A stretch of DNA of 39,702 nucleotides from Candidatus Geocrenenecus huangii (GCA_023254095.1 JALNLM010000014.1:1-39702); one strand, 5' to 3'; shown: positions 20,755-30,989, counted from the first letter of the stretch. Notes: generated from the sequence alone by a model not told the origin. Translations and numbers: made by a program.

Positions 20755-21378
20755 TTAACATTTTCTCAGAGAAAGCTCTTCTTCGACTACTTCTCCATTA
20801 GGTTCCACTTCTGAGAATATTTGAGCCGTGAACCTGTATATCTTTGCTTTCTTGGTTAACCAATGTGTTGATTCAAGACCAGCTTTCAAACATAGATGCA
20901 TCAAGTATTCTTCAACACTCCAATTATATTCTACAGGGACTTGGGGTAGAAGTAGACCGGAGTAGGGACCCGACTTAATGATTAAACCATCTCTTCCGAT
21001 AACTATTTTCTCCAGTAATTCCTTTGAGTCTCTATAAATGATTTCTTCAGGAGGGGTCAACACGCTAACCTCTATCACTACGTTATTTAGTTCATCGAGT
21101 TTTAATGGTCTAAACCTTGGATCTTTTGTAGCTGAGGCTATGGCTGCCTCCACGGTTGCCTCATATAAGGCCTTAGTAGGTAATGGAAAACCTATACATC
21201 CCCTAAGATCCTTCATCGGAAATTTGTATAGAGTGACAAAAACCCCTCTCTTCTCTTTCAATTTCTCTGTCGGCGGAGCAGGAGGGACAACCTCAACCTT
21301 CCTAAGATAGTCATTTATAGTCTGGCGTGCAAGTTTAACCAGAAATCTCCCTTCTTCTAGGTTAAGATCTCCTACCAA
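20755..21378 (-). CDS. AMMECR1 domain protein
   Basis: GVFVTL, LRGCIG, DPRF, GLLLPQV and LCLKAG. Confidence 0.92.
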   Translation of the reverse strand: MVGDLNLEEGRFLVKLARQTINDYLRKVEVVPPAPPTEKLKEKRGVFVTLYKFPMKDLRGCIGFPLPTKALYEATVEAAIASATKDPRFRPLKLDELNNVVIEVSVLTPPEEIIYRDSKELLEKIVIGRDGLIIKSGPYSGLLLPQVPVEYNWSVEEYLMHLCLKAGLESTHWLTKKAKIYRFTAQIFSEVEPNGEVVEEELSLRKC

Positions 21379-21814
21379 TCTTTTTCGCCTCTTCTAGTAT
21401 CCGAGTAATGTTCTTCCAGTGTCTTCCCATCCAGTACCGTTTTCCACAATTACTACATATCCATTCATCCCTGAAAACACCCTTGTTTCTTCGAAGAAGA
21501 TGATTACATGTTGGACATCTAGTATTCTCAGGGTCGAACTCCAGAGATATTTTATTCTTCCGATTCAGTGCTCCGAGAATTTGGGCAGTATTATTTCCAT
21601 CTATAAGTACGGCCTGTACACCGCATCTCATCGAATAAACGTATAGCTCCCTATCCTTAGTTAATATTATCCTATCCTCTTCTAAGGCTTTCTGTACTAG
21701 TTTTCCATCATCTCCATCCCAATACTCTGAATCATATCCCAATATTCTCAGCCATGAGACGATGTTGCCAAGCATCGCATCAACGAGAAAACGCTGACCT
21801 CTATTACCGTTCAT
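21362..21814 (-). CDS. Mut7-C RNase (PIN-like) domain protein
   Basis: FLVDAMLG...WLRILGYD, ILTKD and RCPTCN...CSNCGKRYWMGRHW. Confidence 0.88.
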   Translation of the reverse strand: MNGNRGQRFLVDAMLGNIVSWLRILGYDSEYWDGDDGKLVQKALEEDRIILTKDRELYVYSMRCGVQAVLIDGNNTAQILGALNRKNKISLEFDPENTRCPTCNHLLRRNKGVFRDEWICSNCGKRYWMGRHWKNITRILEEAKKIGRRS

Positions 21815-22386
21815 TCTCCTGCTCCTCTCTTACTAAACTCGAGTCTACATTCTTCACATAAGTATCTTCCATCAATGTTTAGAAGCATATCAGACCATTC
21901 TCCACACTCATCACAATAGCCCTCAACATATCCTTCTCTACTCTCGGATAGAGTTATCCCTCTAATCTTTAGGTTTTCCTTCACTATCTCGAGGATCTCA
22001 GGAGTTACTTGGAGAATGTCCTTAACGCTGACTAGACCGACCAACTTGTTCTTGTACGTTACCGCGAGCCTGCTGACTTTTAGAGTTGTCATCTTACGGA
22101 GTGCTTCTTCAATAGATGTCTCTGGCTCGACAGTATGTATCGGGCTACTCATTATACTTGAAACTTTAACTTCGGAAGGTTTAAGATTCCTAGACACAAC
22201 TTTCCATACTAGGTCTGTCTTAGTCACTATGCCTACTGGAGTCCCACCTCTAGTGATAACGACGGAACCAACATTGTATTTCTCCATCTTCTGCGCTATC
22301 TCCTCGGCGGTATCGTTCTCACTACCTTCTATCACTGGACTCGACATTACGTCTCTAACCTTCAACTCATCAGGTAGCATGGTCAA
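21811..22386 (-). CDS. CBS domain pair protein with C-terminal zinc ribbon
   Basis: Two CBS repeats (VRDVMSSPV, VSSIMSSPI) and a CDECG...LCEEC tail. Confidence 0.88.
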   Translation of the reverse strand: MTMLPDELKVRDVMSSPVIEGSENDTAEEIAQKMEKYNVGSVVITRGGTPVGIVTKTDLVWKVVSRNLKPSEVKVSSIMSSPIHTVEPETSIEEALRKMTTLKVSRLAVTYKNKLVGLVSVKDILQVTPEILEIVKENLKIRGITLSESREGYVEGYCDECGEWSDMLLNIDGRYLCEECRLEFSKRGAGE

Positions 22387-22573
22387 CCTTATTCAACCCT
22401 TTACTTCTAATCTAAGAAAATAATTGAAGTTTAAAAGCTTAGCGGATATTTAACTCGTTTTTAGATAATTATGTTTTAATAATGAATCCCCCATTAAGAT
22501 CATATCCGGCCCTGCGATCGAGTCACTAATTAGACGTATTTGTAAAGTTATCTACACAATCTTTGAATTAAAC

Positions 22574-24535
22574 TTAATGCTTGGTGATCGAGCCACGTCC
22601 ATAAGGGATGATCTTCATTATATCCTCGATTAATTCTTTCTTCTTCCTATCTTCAACTTCTCCGAAGATACGTTTAATTACTTCTTCAGCCAATTCTTTT
22701 GCTCTCTCTTTACCTGGAGTTATCTTAATTATTCTTGTAGTCCTCCCTTCAAGAGTTTGAGATGGCCCCCATACTAGCCTACTATCTTCTACTCCGATAG
22801 CTATCTCAAGCTTAACGGTTACATACTTCTTCTCCCCCTTTATGATCACTCCTCCTTTAGGTACGTAATGTCCCGGAGGCGGCGAGAAGGATAATTGGTC
22901 AGGTTTCACATAGTAGACACTAATATATTGTAACCCTTCTTTCCATGCTCGACTATAGCATGCAGCAAATTGCGCTGCTTCCAATATCGATCTCTCAGTA
23001 GAGTCGGCTCCTTTCTTTAAGATTAAGATTGGCGCTCCTCTAACTTCTGAGTGGAAGACTAAATCTTCTTTTTCTAGATGTCTCCGTAATAGTGCGTGAT
23101 TGCTGGAGACGTCTTTCCCCGCAACGGCTAGAAAGCCTTCGGAAGTATAGAACCACCTATACTTTTCATACCAATTCATCTTACCACGCGTAATCTTAGC
23201 AGATATAGTCTCCAACTTCTCAACAACTAAGTGCTCCCTCCTATTCAACAGCTTCTTTATCTTTTCACCAATCTCGTCAGCTTCCCTCTTTAATTCATCA
23301 ATACGGGAATCTATATTTTTAGCCTCATCAAATATTCTCGATGCCTGTTTTGCAATCGATTCATTAAGGGTCAGCTGGACTTCTCCATAAGATGAAGATA
23401 TCGAGATTTTTCTACTAAATTTGTCAACTCTCACCATTAGCTCATCTATCCTCACTTCTCCAGGTGGTTCAGCGTATCTCAGCTTCTCGATCTCGCTCGA
23501 GTAGGTGAGTATAAACTTGGCCAAACTTCTCTTCTGGCTTGATAACGCTTTCAGTTTTTCCAATGTTTTATGCTTATTCTCAAGTTCCTCGTTCAGTGAC
23601 TTGATCTCTTTTTCTATCTTCTCTAGTGTTTCTCGTGCAGCCTCGTATGTTAGATTCTTTTCATAAGCTATTCTTACAGCCTCGTTGAAACTGGATGCCT
23701 GAATCACTTTTAGATCACGTAGCTTTAGAGATTCAGGCAAGTATGGTAGAGGATAGACTTCAAGTTTAGATTCTACGATGACTGGTTTACCGGTTTCAAT
23801 CTCTTCGAGAACTCTCATAATCGCTTTTCTAATTTTTTCATACTCACCTATCGATATCTCTGAGAATTTCTTACTCTTCTCTACGCCCGCTATATAGGCT
23901 ACTTCTTCAGCGTATCTTCCACCTAGACCCGCCTCGATGGCCAACGCTGAAACTATCTTCCTGTTCTTGTCTATCGATTCTAGTACTTGCTCTACATCTT
24001 GAGTACTCGTGATAATGCGTCTTCGAGGCGGAGGCTTGTACTCTTTTCCCACAATGATCTCCCTATCCTTCATTAATAGTTTTTCCAAACATTCAAGGAT
24101 CCTCCCAGAGCTATCTGTTACTATCAACGTGCCTTTTGGCAAGAATTCAATTATTAAATTCAATCTTTCAGCATAGGGTCTCTGCAATTCAAAGATAACT
24201 ATTCTCTCGCCTTCTAGTAATTCTACTTTTACTATTATCGAGTTGTTCAATATCTTTCTGAGCTTAGTTATTGTTTCTGAAGGCTTTGGAGGTTTCTGGT
24301 ATTCACCTCTAACCAAGAACATGCATCTACCCGGAGAAATCCTCAATTCGTATCTATCATTATCCTTCTTAAGCTTCAGGATGATCGAGCCATCATCCAT
24401 GCTGTAAACGTTTTCAATTCTGCTATCCACCAATTCATCACTGATCTCTTTCATCAATCTCTTGAACTCGAAAAAGGAAAGCTCCATCTTCTTCACCAAT
24501 CTTGAGTGGGGACGCTCACTATCTCTTATGAACAA
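22574..24535 (-). CDS. rqcH: Ribosome quality control protein RqcH/Rqc2 (NFACT family); true start probably 24487-24499
   Basis: ERIVIF, IIEF...G.LI.TD, HhH segment GLGG.YAEE, coiled coil, WYEKYRWF.TSEG, AA.FAA.YSRAWK. Confidence 0.88.
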   Translation of the reverse strand: MFIRDSERPHSRLVKKMELSFFEFKRLMKEISDELVDSRIENVYSMDDGSIILKLKKDNDRYELRISPGRCMFLVRGEYQKPPKPSETITKLRKILNNSIIVKVELLEGERIVIFELQRPYAERLNLIIEFLPKGTLIVTDSSGRILECLEKLLMKDREIIVGKEYKPPPRRRIITSTQDVEQVLESIDKNRKIVSALAIEAGLGGRYAEEVAYIAGVEKSKKFSEISIGEYEKIRKAIMRVLEEIETGKPVIVESKLEVYPLPYLPESLKLRDLKVIQASSFNEAVRIAYEKNLTYEAARETLEKIEKEIKSLNEELENKHKTLEKLKALSSQKRSLAKFILTYSSEIEKLRYAEPPGEVRIDELMVRVDKFSRKISISSSYGEVQLTLNESIAKQASRIFDEAKNIDSRIDELKREADEIGEKIKKLLNRREHLVVEKLETISAKITRGKMNWYEKYRWFYTSEGFLAVAGKDVSSNHALLRRHLEKEDLVFHSEVRGAPILILKKGADSTERSILEAAQFAACYSRAWKEGLQYISVYYVKPDQLSFSPPPGHYVPKGGVIIKGEKKYVTVKLEIAIGVEDSRLVWGPSQTLEGRTTRIIKITPGKERAKELAEEVIKRIFGEVEDRKKKELIEDIMKIIPYGRGSITKH

Positions 24536-24664
24536 TTAGAAGTATTAAGTTTTCAAGGTTACCCATAAAATAGGATAGATCCATGTATCTCTGAGGTAGT
24601 TTAAAGCAGACCTGCTTCTGATACTCGTTTGTTTAATTTTATATAAAGCTGGAGAATACCTTAG

Positions 24665-24949
24665 ATGAGTGATTCTGTCTTGATGCCTGAAGACAAGATT
24701 TATTGGGGTAGAGCTATAGGCGGATGTATATTAGGGTTGTTAACAACGATATTTAGATTAGATAGGTTCGGCTCCATAGTTGCTATAATTATTGCGATAA
24801 CCGTTTATTTTGTCTCAACGATTGTCTTACGGGTTCTCATCGATTCTGAGACACGTGCAACTCTAGGTAGAAAGTTATATCTTACAGGATCCGGGACGTA
24901 TGGAGCATTATGGTTGTTAACCTGGATTTTTTCACATAATCTTATGTAG
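24665..24949 (+). CDS. Small 3-TM protein, EMC6/Rab5-interacting-protein-like
   Basis: KIYW.R...G...G.. at the N-terminus and G.GTY..LWLLTWI..HNL at the C-terminus; three hydrophobic segments. Confidence 0.6.
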   Translation: MSDSVLMPEDKIYWGRAIGGCILGLLTTIFRLDRFGSIVAIIIAITVYFVSTIVLRVLIDSETRATLGRKLYLTGSGTYGALWLLTWIFSHNLM

Positions 24950-25029
24950 TCTTTACTCTAATCCAAAATATTGTTAGTAGTCTAAAGTATCATGAACCTC
25001 TTTCAGCCGTCTCATCTCCGTAAATCGAA

Positions 25030-25455
25030 CTATTCTGATTCTTCTTCCTCTAGTTCTCTAAATGATTCTATCTGTTCAGGGGATTCTTCTGGTTTAGACT
25101 CTTTCTTTTCAATCTTATGAGGTGTAGGCAGTTTGTCCATAATATTGACTAGATCGAGCCATGTCTGTAGAAATTCCCTCGGAGGATTATACGATTCCTC
25201 CAGCAATTTCTTCATCTCGTTTTTTAATGTCTCCCTATCTACGCCATCTAAGTATCGCTCCCACAGTTTGAAGATGTAGGAGTCCCTATCATCGTTAACG
25301 TAGGAGTAGTATATTCCGTATAGTGCTTTATAATATGGATTGTGGTCTCCAATCTTCTTCCTAATATACTCTAGGCTTTTCTCAGATTCGCTTATCTTCC
25401 CACTGAAAAGGAGTGCATAGAATTTCCTGACCGACTTTATAGGCATCTCGCTCAT
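25030..25455 (-). CDS. Hypothetical protein translationally coupled to radA
   Basis: 141-aa ORF whose ATG overlaps the radA stop (ATGA); predicted helical with an acidic tail. Confidence 0.75.
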   Translation of the reverse strand: MSEMPIKSVRKFYALLFSGKISESEKSLEYIRKKIGDHNPYYKALYGIYYSYVNDDRDSYIFKLWERYLDGVDRETLKNEMKKLLEESYNPPREFLQTWLDLVNIMDKLPTPHKIEKKESKPEESPEQIESFRELEEEESE

Positions 25456-27563
25456 GCTTGTTCCTCCTCTAAGTCTTCTACTCCATTCTCTGTTATCTTA
25501 AATATTGCTTCTCCCTCTGGGAGATACGGGCTAGATACTAGTCTAGCTATACGAGTATTCTTTCCAGCTGCTTTTCTAAGATATACTCGTGTATGGCTTG
25601 TGTGTCCAACTATGTGTCCTCCTACCGGTAGAACAGCCATGGCGCTAAAGTATTCATCTGGTCTAGCCATAACCTGGTTCGTGACTACTGCCGCTGCATT
25701 GAAGGCTCTTGCAAGTCTAAGAAGCTTATGCATATGTTTATTCAATTTCTGCTGACGCTCCGGAAGGCTCTGCCTACCCACGTACTCGCTTCTAAAATGT
25801 GCTGTCAATGAATCGATAATGATTAAACGTATATTGTTTTCTTTTATTACTTTGTCAGCTTTCTCTAATAGGAGTATCTGATGGTCACTGTTATAAGCTT
25901 CTGCGTATATTATTTTTTCAACTACTTGGTCTGGGTCTAGTCCTAGGAACTTAGCCATTTGAACTATTCTCTCTATTCTGAAAGTATTCTCTGTATCTAT
26001 GTATAGTGCTCCTCCATTCAACCCTCCACGTTCTGGCGGGAGCTGGACGTTAACCGCTAGTTGATGACATATCTGGCTATTGTGGAATATCGTAGGCATA
26101 TTCCCCCCTATGAAATTCTCTGTCTCCGGCACATTAAAGTCGTATACGTAATCATTGTATAGCTCGTAAGAAATCTCTGTTACGAAATCCCATGAAAGCT
26201 GTTTTATCATCGCTAGTCTTCTAATCGCTTCATCGATTTTCCTTATTCCCTCATTTATCTCCATGCTTGATGTCTTCTGATGTTTGATCTTAAATGGAAG
26301 TGAATAGAATAGTTTCGTATTTTCTCCGGTTACGTAGACTTCATAGTATTTCTCTTCTTTGACCTTCTTTTCTTTAATGATGGTGTTAATGCCCAGCTTA
26401 GATAAGAGATATGACATACTTAGTGCGAGGATAGGATTCTTAGTGTATGTTATGATTCCTCTAGACGGCGTATACCCATTGGCATCTATGTATCCAGCTA
26501 GAAATTGACGGATTACATTTCTCGAGCTATTGAATAGAGTCTCCGGAATAGATTTTTCTTTATCATTATCGATCTTTACAACTCTTTCTAGAAATTCCTT
26601 TACGGATTCTCCTAACAATATCTTGAAAAGTCCAGCTCGTCTCTCAATTTCGGGAGTGATGTCGAACTTCTTCTCAATATAATGCTCAACCCAATTTTTC
26701 AGAGTTTCATTATTAACAATTACGGAAGAGGGGCTAGATTCCCCAGCAGCTATGAATAATCCCGTAAAATAAGCATCATCAAGGCTTAAGCAATCTTCAG
26801 ATTCTTCTATAGCTAGTATAGATGGGGCAGCTATCGGTGTCCCATGCTTAATCTCTCTAGCATCTACCCACGTTATTTCACCTTTCTCGTTTATTGAGAG
26901 GAATTTATGTGTTGGAGTAACTTTGAGCTCTCGCCCATTCTCAGTCTTTATTACTATAAGCTTATCCGTCCATTCTCTATACATGAATGCTGCTTCAACA
27001 GGCTTAATCCCGTCGCCTATAAAGGACAAGACTCTAACGCCGTTGAGAGGAATTATGAATCCCCGTCCATAAGGTAGTTCCCCATACATTGATCTATATT
27101 TTTCATAGATGGATTCTATCGGTTCTAGGTGGAGCTTAGTAGGGTTTAGATACATCACATACGTTCCTCTTGCAACGCATTTTCCTGAACCATACTCTCC
27201 GAAGAATTCTGTAATCGTCTGCGTCTCTACTCCTCCACCGATTAGTTTATCAAGTGTCTTACTCCCAGTCGTTATTCTGCCAACAGTCTTTTTTAATTCT
27301 GCAAGGTCCTTAGCAGTTACCCAACTTATCTCTATGGCCTGCCTGGCCGCAGCTATTATTTCTGCTGCTCTTTTCTCACTTATACCCGCTGCCGCCAATT
27401 CAGCAATAGTCGCTGTAGCTAGAGACTCTATTGTTGAGAAACCTATTTCTCTAAGCTTAGCTGCGGTTGCGTTACCTACTGAGGGGAGGTCTTCTATCTT
27501 TAAGTATACTTTTCTCTCTTCTTTCTGTTCTACAGGTTCTGTTTTCTTCTCTTTGGGAGACAT
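25452..27563 (-). CDS. radA: DNA repair and recombination protein RadA, intein-containing
   Basis: N-terminal Hh[20 protein letters not shown]|S Walker A split by an intein, [33 protein letters not shown] and GGHIVGH. Confidence 0.97.
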   Translation of the reverse strand: MSPKEKKTEPVEQKEERKVYLKIEDLPSVGNATAAKLREIGFSTIESLATATIAELAAAGISEKRAAEIIAAARQAIEISWVTAKDLAELKKTVGRITTGSKTLDKLIGGGVETQTITEFFGEYGSGKCVARGTYVMYLNPTKLHLEPIESIYEKYRSMYGELPYGRGFIIPLNGVRVLSFIGDGIKPVEAAFMYREWTDKLIVIKTENGRELKVTPTHKFLSINEKGEITWVDAREIKHGTPIAAPSILAIEESEDCLSLDDAYFTGLFIAAGESSPSSVIVNNETLKNWVEHYIEKKFDITPEIERRAGLFKILLGESVKEFLERVVKIDNDKEKSIPETLFNSSRNVIRQFLAGYIDANGYTPSRGIITYTKNPILALSMSYLLSKLGINTIIKEKKVKEEKYYEVYVTGENTKLFYSLPFKIKHQKTSSMEINEGIRKIDEAIRRLAMIKQLSWDFVTEISYELYNDYVYDFNVPETENFIGGNMPTIFHNSQICHQLAVNVQLPPERGGLNGGALYIDTENTFRIERIVQMAKFLGLDPDQVVEKIIYAEAYNSDHQILLLEKADKVIKENNIRLIIIDSLTAHFRSEYVGRQSLPERQQKLNKHMHKLLRLARAFNAAAVVTNQVMARPDEYFSAMAVLPVGGHIVGHTSHTRVYLRKAAGKNTRIARLVSSPYLPEGEAIFKITENGVEDLEEEQA
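26079..27179 (-). mobile_element. Intein (367 aa) in the RadA P-loop with a degenerate LAGLIDADG domain
   Basis: Starts at Cys (GSGK|CVARGT), block B VTPTHKF, block F YVYDFNV, ends IFHN|S; endonuclease-like blocks [11 protein letters not shown] and [10 protein letters not shown]. Confidence 0.95.
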
Positions 27564-27594
27564 CCTTCTTCTAGTATATGGTTTCTAAAAGTTG

Positions 27595-27630
27595 TATTTA
27601 AGGAGAGGGTTGAGGGGGAGCTGAAAATGG
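27595..27630 (-). promoter_or_regulatory. radA promoter with a CCATTTTCAG box
   Basis: Minus strand: CCATTTTCAG (27630-27621), AACCCTCTCC (27611-27602), TTAAATA (27601-27595); ATG at 27563. Confidence 0.55.
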
Positions 27631-27631
27631 A

Positions 27632-28294
27632 TTACTTCTTCCTCTCTCTCTGAGGAGCGATGTATCTATCAAGATATTCGTGGAAGAAAAACCAGATAGC
27701 AAATATAGCCAGCGATGCACCTATACCTATCGATAAGCCTAGGTATAGTGATTCTTTAACAGATTCGCTCAACGTGGTAACATCAATTATCATAGACGTC
27801 AGGAGTAGAGTGACTATAAAGAAGATGTATCCTCTAAGCCTTGATTCAACCCTAATCTTCTCTATGACTAGATTGAATATTGCAAAGAATAATAATGCGA
27901 CGACTACGACGCTTATTATCCTAGTCCCGTAAAGTATGATAGAAGATACAGATTGCATATATTCCGGAGTAGCGAAAAGCATTAAGATACTGTATATGGA
28001 TGCTAGCAGAACAGCGATGTAGACGAGGAAGGAAATCAGCCTATTAAAAGAAAAAGGCAATTCTCCACCCCAATATTTTTTCATTAGGCCATCAATATTA
28101 GCAAAGCCTAGAAGCTTCTTCATAACGTATCCGAGTATCCTGAGAGAGAGATAGGCGATCACGACTATCAATACAGCGATAATAATCTTCGGAACGAGTT
28201 GAGTAATCTCTCCAGAAATTAACCGTAAAAATTCTTCTACTATGTTGACCTGCGCCTTAACCACACGAACCATGATATTTAATTGGTTGTTCAT
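27632..28294 (-). CDS. Membrane protein with an MscS-associated conserved TM-helix-like segment
   Basis: VPKIIIAVLIVVIAY...IL...MKKLL...NID pattern; about five TM segments; no MscS beta domain seen. Confidence 0.55.
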   Translation of the reverse strand: MNNQLNIMVRVVKAQVNIVEEFLRLISGEITQLVPKIIIAVLIVVIAYLSLRILGYVMKKLLGFANIDGLMKKYWGGELPFSFNRLISFLVYIAVLLASIYSILMLFATPEYMQSVSSIILYGTRIISVVVVALLFFAIFNLVIEKIRVESRLRGYIFFIVTLLLTSMIIDVTTLSESVKESLYLGLSIGIGASLAIFAIWFFFHEYLDRYIAPQRERKK

Positions 28295-28298
28295 CTAT

Positions 28299-29627
28299 TT
28301 AGGGTATCCCCATAAGGAAGAATAAGAACCTATAGAGGATATAGAGTATCAATAATGTTGTTGCGATGGCCGCTATTTTTAAACCTAGAATGATCGATTC
28401 CCTAATGGTATCAACTATTATCGTGTAACCCATTATACTGTTACTGTAGAGTAGATATGAATATGTTCTAGCATACTCTTCGGGAACTATCGCCACTTCC
28501 ATTATAGTGAAGTAGGCTATCGCAACTGATAATATTCTAATAGCAGCCGAAAAAATAAACAACGCAGTGTAATTGTCCTGAAAGATCAACCCGAAGGGCG
28601 TAGCCAACAATTGTGAAATATTTGCTATAATCGTTAAGAGAATGCTTACTCTTAATACACCTAGCCAACTCTTGTATCTAGCGAATAGAAAGTTTCCGAG
28701 AAAGTTTGCTCCAGTAAATGTGAAACCACCATAAGCGGAGATACCAATGTGTAATAGTGGGTAGGGAGTTATCATAGAGAGTATCGGAGTGAGCGATGCA
28801 AGTCCGAGAGAATACCTAAGATTCTTTAATGATGCCTTCGCCCACACAACTGATGAGACGATGCTTGCGATACTTCCAGCGAAATTTATCGCCGCAACTA
28901 TGTAATCTGGGGAGTTTAAAACATTCATTAAGAATGGTGTCCAAGCTAGTCCAAGGAGATTCGCAGACGTAAGTAGAGTAATGAAGAAAGATGAAGAGGA
29001 AAACATCTGTTCAGGCTTACTGACTTGCTCAAACATCTTCAAACTTTCAACGTCTCTAATTCTAATGGTGATTATCGAGATTGTTGAGAGTACGCCTAGT
29101 AATCCTCCAAGAGTAAATAATGCTTGAAACTTGGTGGCTGGCGAAAGAGAATAAATTAAGAATATTGTAATCAGATATCCTATGATCGTCATGATGTTTG
29201 ATGCTATAGTTCTCTTCGCCGTTACATCTTTAATGTCTGCTTCACTGAATAAACCATATATTATAAAGTTCGTGTAGGTTGAAGAAAAAATATATGAAAT
29301 ATTTGCAAGCGTGTAGCATAACGTAATCACTGAGAAGTTTTGAATATAGACTATCGGAATGAAGATGACTTTTTCGAGAGCATGGAAGAATAAAGATTTC
29401 TCAGTAATCTTGTTTACAAATATTGTTGGACGTTTATAGATTATCAAGGAGACTATGGTTGATATTAGAGTTGATATTAGTATTATGATTGATATTGTTA
29501 AGATGTCGAAACCTATCGAGACAAGGTAAAGTATGAAGATATTCCTAGTCATGACGAGGTATAGGCCGTAGAAAGCAGCCTCGCTAGCGAGGTAGATCTT
29601 CAGCAAACTTCTCGAAAGCCGCAGCAT
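28299..29627 (-). CDS. MFS-like multi-pass membrane transporter
   Basis: 442 aa with about 12-13 hydrophobic segments in two halves. Confidence 0.6.
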   Translation of the reverse strand: MLRLSRSLLKIYLASEAAFYGLYLVMTRNIFILYLVSIGFDILTISIIILISTLISTIVSLIIYKRPTIFVNKITEKSLFFHALEKVIFIPIVYIQNFSVITLCYTLANISYIFSSTYTNFIIYGLFSEADIKDVTAKRTIASNIMTIIGYLITIFLIYSLSPATKFQALFTLGGLLGVLSTISIITIRIRDVESLKMFEQVSKPEQMFSSSSFFITLLTSANLLGLAWTPFLMNVLNSPDYIVAAINFAGSIASIVSSVVWAKASLKNLRYSLGLASLTPILSMITPYPLLHIGISAYGGFTFTGANFLGNFLFARYKSWLGVLRVSILLTIIANISQLLATPFGLIFQDNYTALFIFSAAIRILSVAIAYFTIMEVAIVPEEYARTYSYLLYSNSIMGYTIIVDTIRESIILGLKIAAIATTLLILYILYRFLFFLMGIP

Positions 29628-29756
29628 ATAATTCTAGCTTCATTCTTCTAAATAGGTTAATTAAAGAATTTCTATCGGAATTCATGTATGCTTTGCGCTT
29701 ATGCTTTTATCGTAGAATAGTATTTATGAGACCCTTGAACTGGATTAACAGAGAAT

Positions 29757-30989
29757 ATGAAGGCCGTCCTGATTGTTTGTGATGGTATGGGGGATAGACC
29801 TACAAAAACCCTAAACAATCTTACACCACTCCAAGCAGCAAATGCACCCACTTTTAATAGAATTGCCTCTCTAGGTGAATCAGGTATAATGGATATAATC
29901 TCTCCAGGTCAGCCTCCTGGAAGTGATACGGCTCATCTAGCTATCTTCGGATACGACCCTTATACGCAATATTCAGGTAGGGGAGCCTACGAAGCATTAG
30001 GCGCAGGATTAAATTTGAGGCCAGGAGATGTGGCCTTCAGATGTAATTTCGCAACCATCAACGAGGAAGGAGTAGTTATCGATAGAAGAGCTGGAAGGAT
30101 AAGTACAGAGGAAGCGAGAATACTCGCTGAAGCATTAAGAGATCTCGTGCTCGAAGACGTGGAAGCACTCTTTACTCCTACTACTGAGCATAGAGGCGTT
30201 CTAGTTCTTAGAGGTGATAAACTTTCCAGGATGGTTTCAGACATAGATGTCCATGAAGTAGGAGTAAGAATCGGTAAACCAAGACCTCTAGACGATAGCA
30301 TAGAAGCAGAACATACAGCTAAAATTCTAGAAGAATTCGTTACGAAAACAAGAAGAATACTGGAAAATCACCCTCTCAATAAAGAGAGGGTTGCGAAAGG
30401 TTTGAGACCTGCGAATGCTGTTTTACCCAGAGGTGCAGGAACACTACCCAACGTCAAGCCTTTCAAAGAGATATGGGATATGAAGACAGCAGCCATAGCT
30501 GGTGGAGCATTGTATAAAGGTGTTGCGAGAGCTCTAGGATTTGACTTGATCGAGGTTCCAGATGCAACAGGAACCGTTAACACAAACTTGAAAGGAAAAA
30601 TAAAGCACGCTACAGATGCTCTGAAAACCTATGATTTCATATTCCTGCATATCAAGGCGACCGACACCGTAAGCCATGATAAAAATCCAGTTAAAAAGAA
30701 GGAAGTAATTGAATGGATATCGCGAGAAATTACGCCTCTAGTTGATATGGTCGAAGCAGAGGAGTACTACTTAATTTTGACCGCAGATCATACAACCCCT
30801 TCAGAAGTAGGAGAGCATAGAGGAGACCCCGTACCAGTAGCTATAATGGGGCCGGATGTTCGGAGAGATTGGATAGAGAAGTTTGATGAATTGTCATGTT
30901 CTAGAGGTGGTCTAAGCCGTATTAGGGGAACCGACTTAATGAAGATCCTCATGAACTATCTCGGGAAAGTTCCCCTCTTCGGAGAGTAA
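29757..30989 (+). CDS. apgM: 2,3-bisphosphoglycerate-independent phosphoglycerate mutase (archaeal type)
   Basis: DGMGDRP, PGSDTAHL, GRG.YEALG, DRRAGRI, TD..SHD and TADHTTP. Confidence 0.95.
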   Translation: MKAVLIVCDGMGDRPTKTLNNLTPLQAANAPTFNRIASLGESGIMDIISPGQPPGSDTAHLAIFGYDPYTQYSGRGAYEALGAGLNLRPGDVAFRCNFATINEEGVVIDRRAGRISTEEARILAEALRDLVLEDVEALFTPTTEHRGVLVLRGDKLSRMVSDIDVHEVGVRIGKPRPLDDSIEAEHTAKILEEFVTKTRRILENHPLNKERVAKGLRPANAVLPRGAGTLPNVKPFKEIWDMKTAAIAGGALYKGVARALGFDLIEVPDATGTVNTNLKGKIKHATDALKTYDFIFLHIKATDTVSHDKNPVKKKEVIEWISREITPLVDMVEAEEYYLILTADHTTPSEVGEHRGDPVPVAIMGPDVRRDWIEKFDELSCSRGGLSRIRGTDLMKILMNYLGKVPLFGE

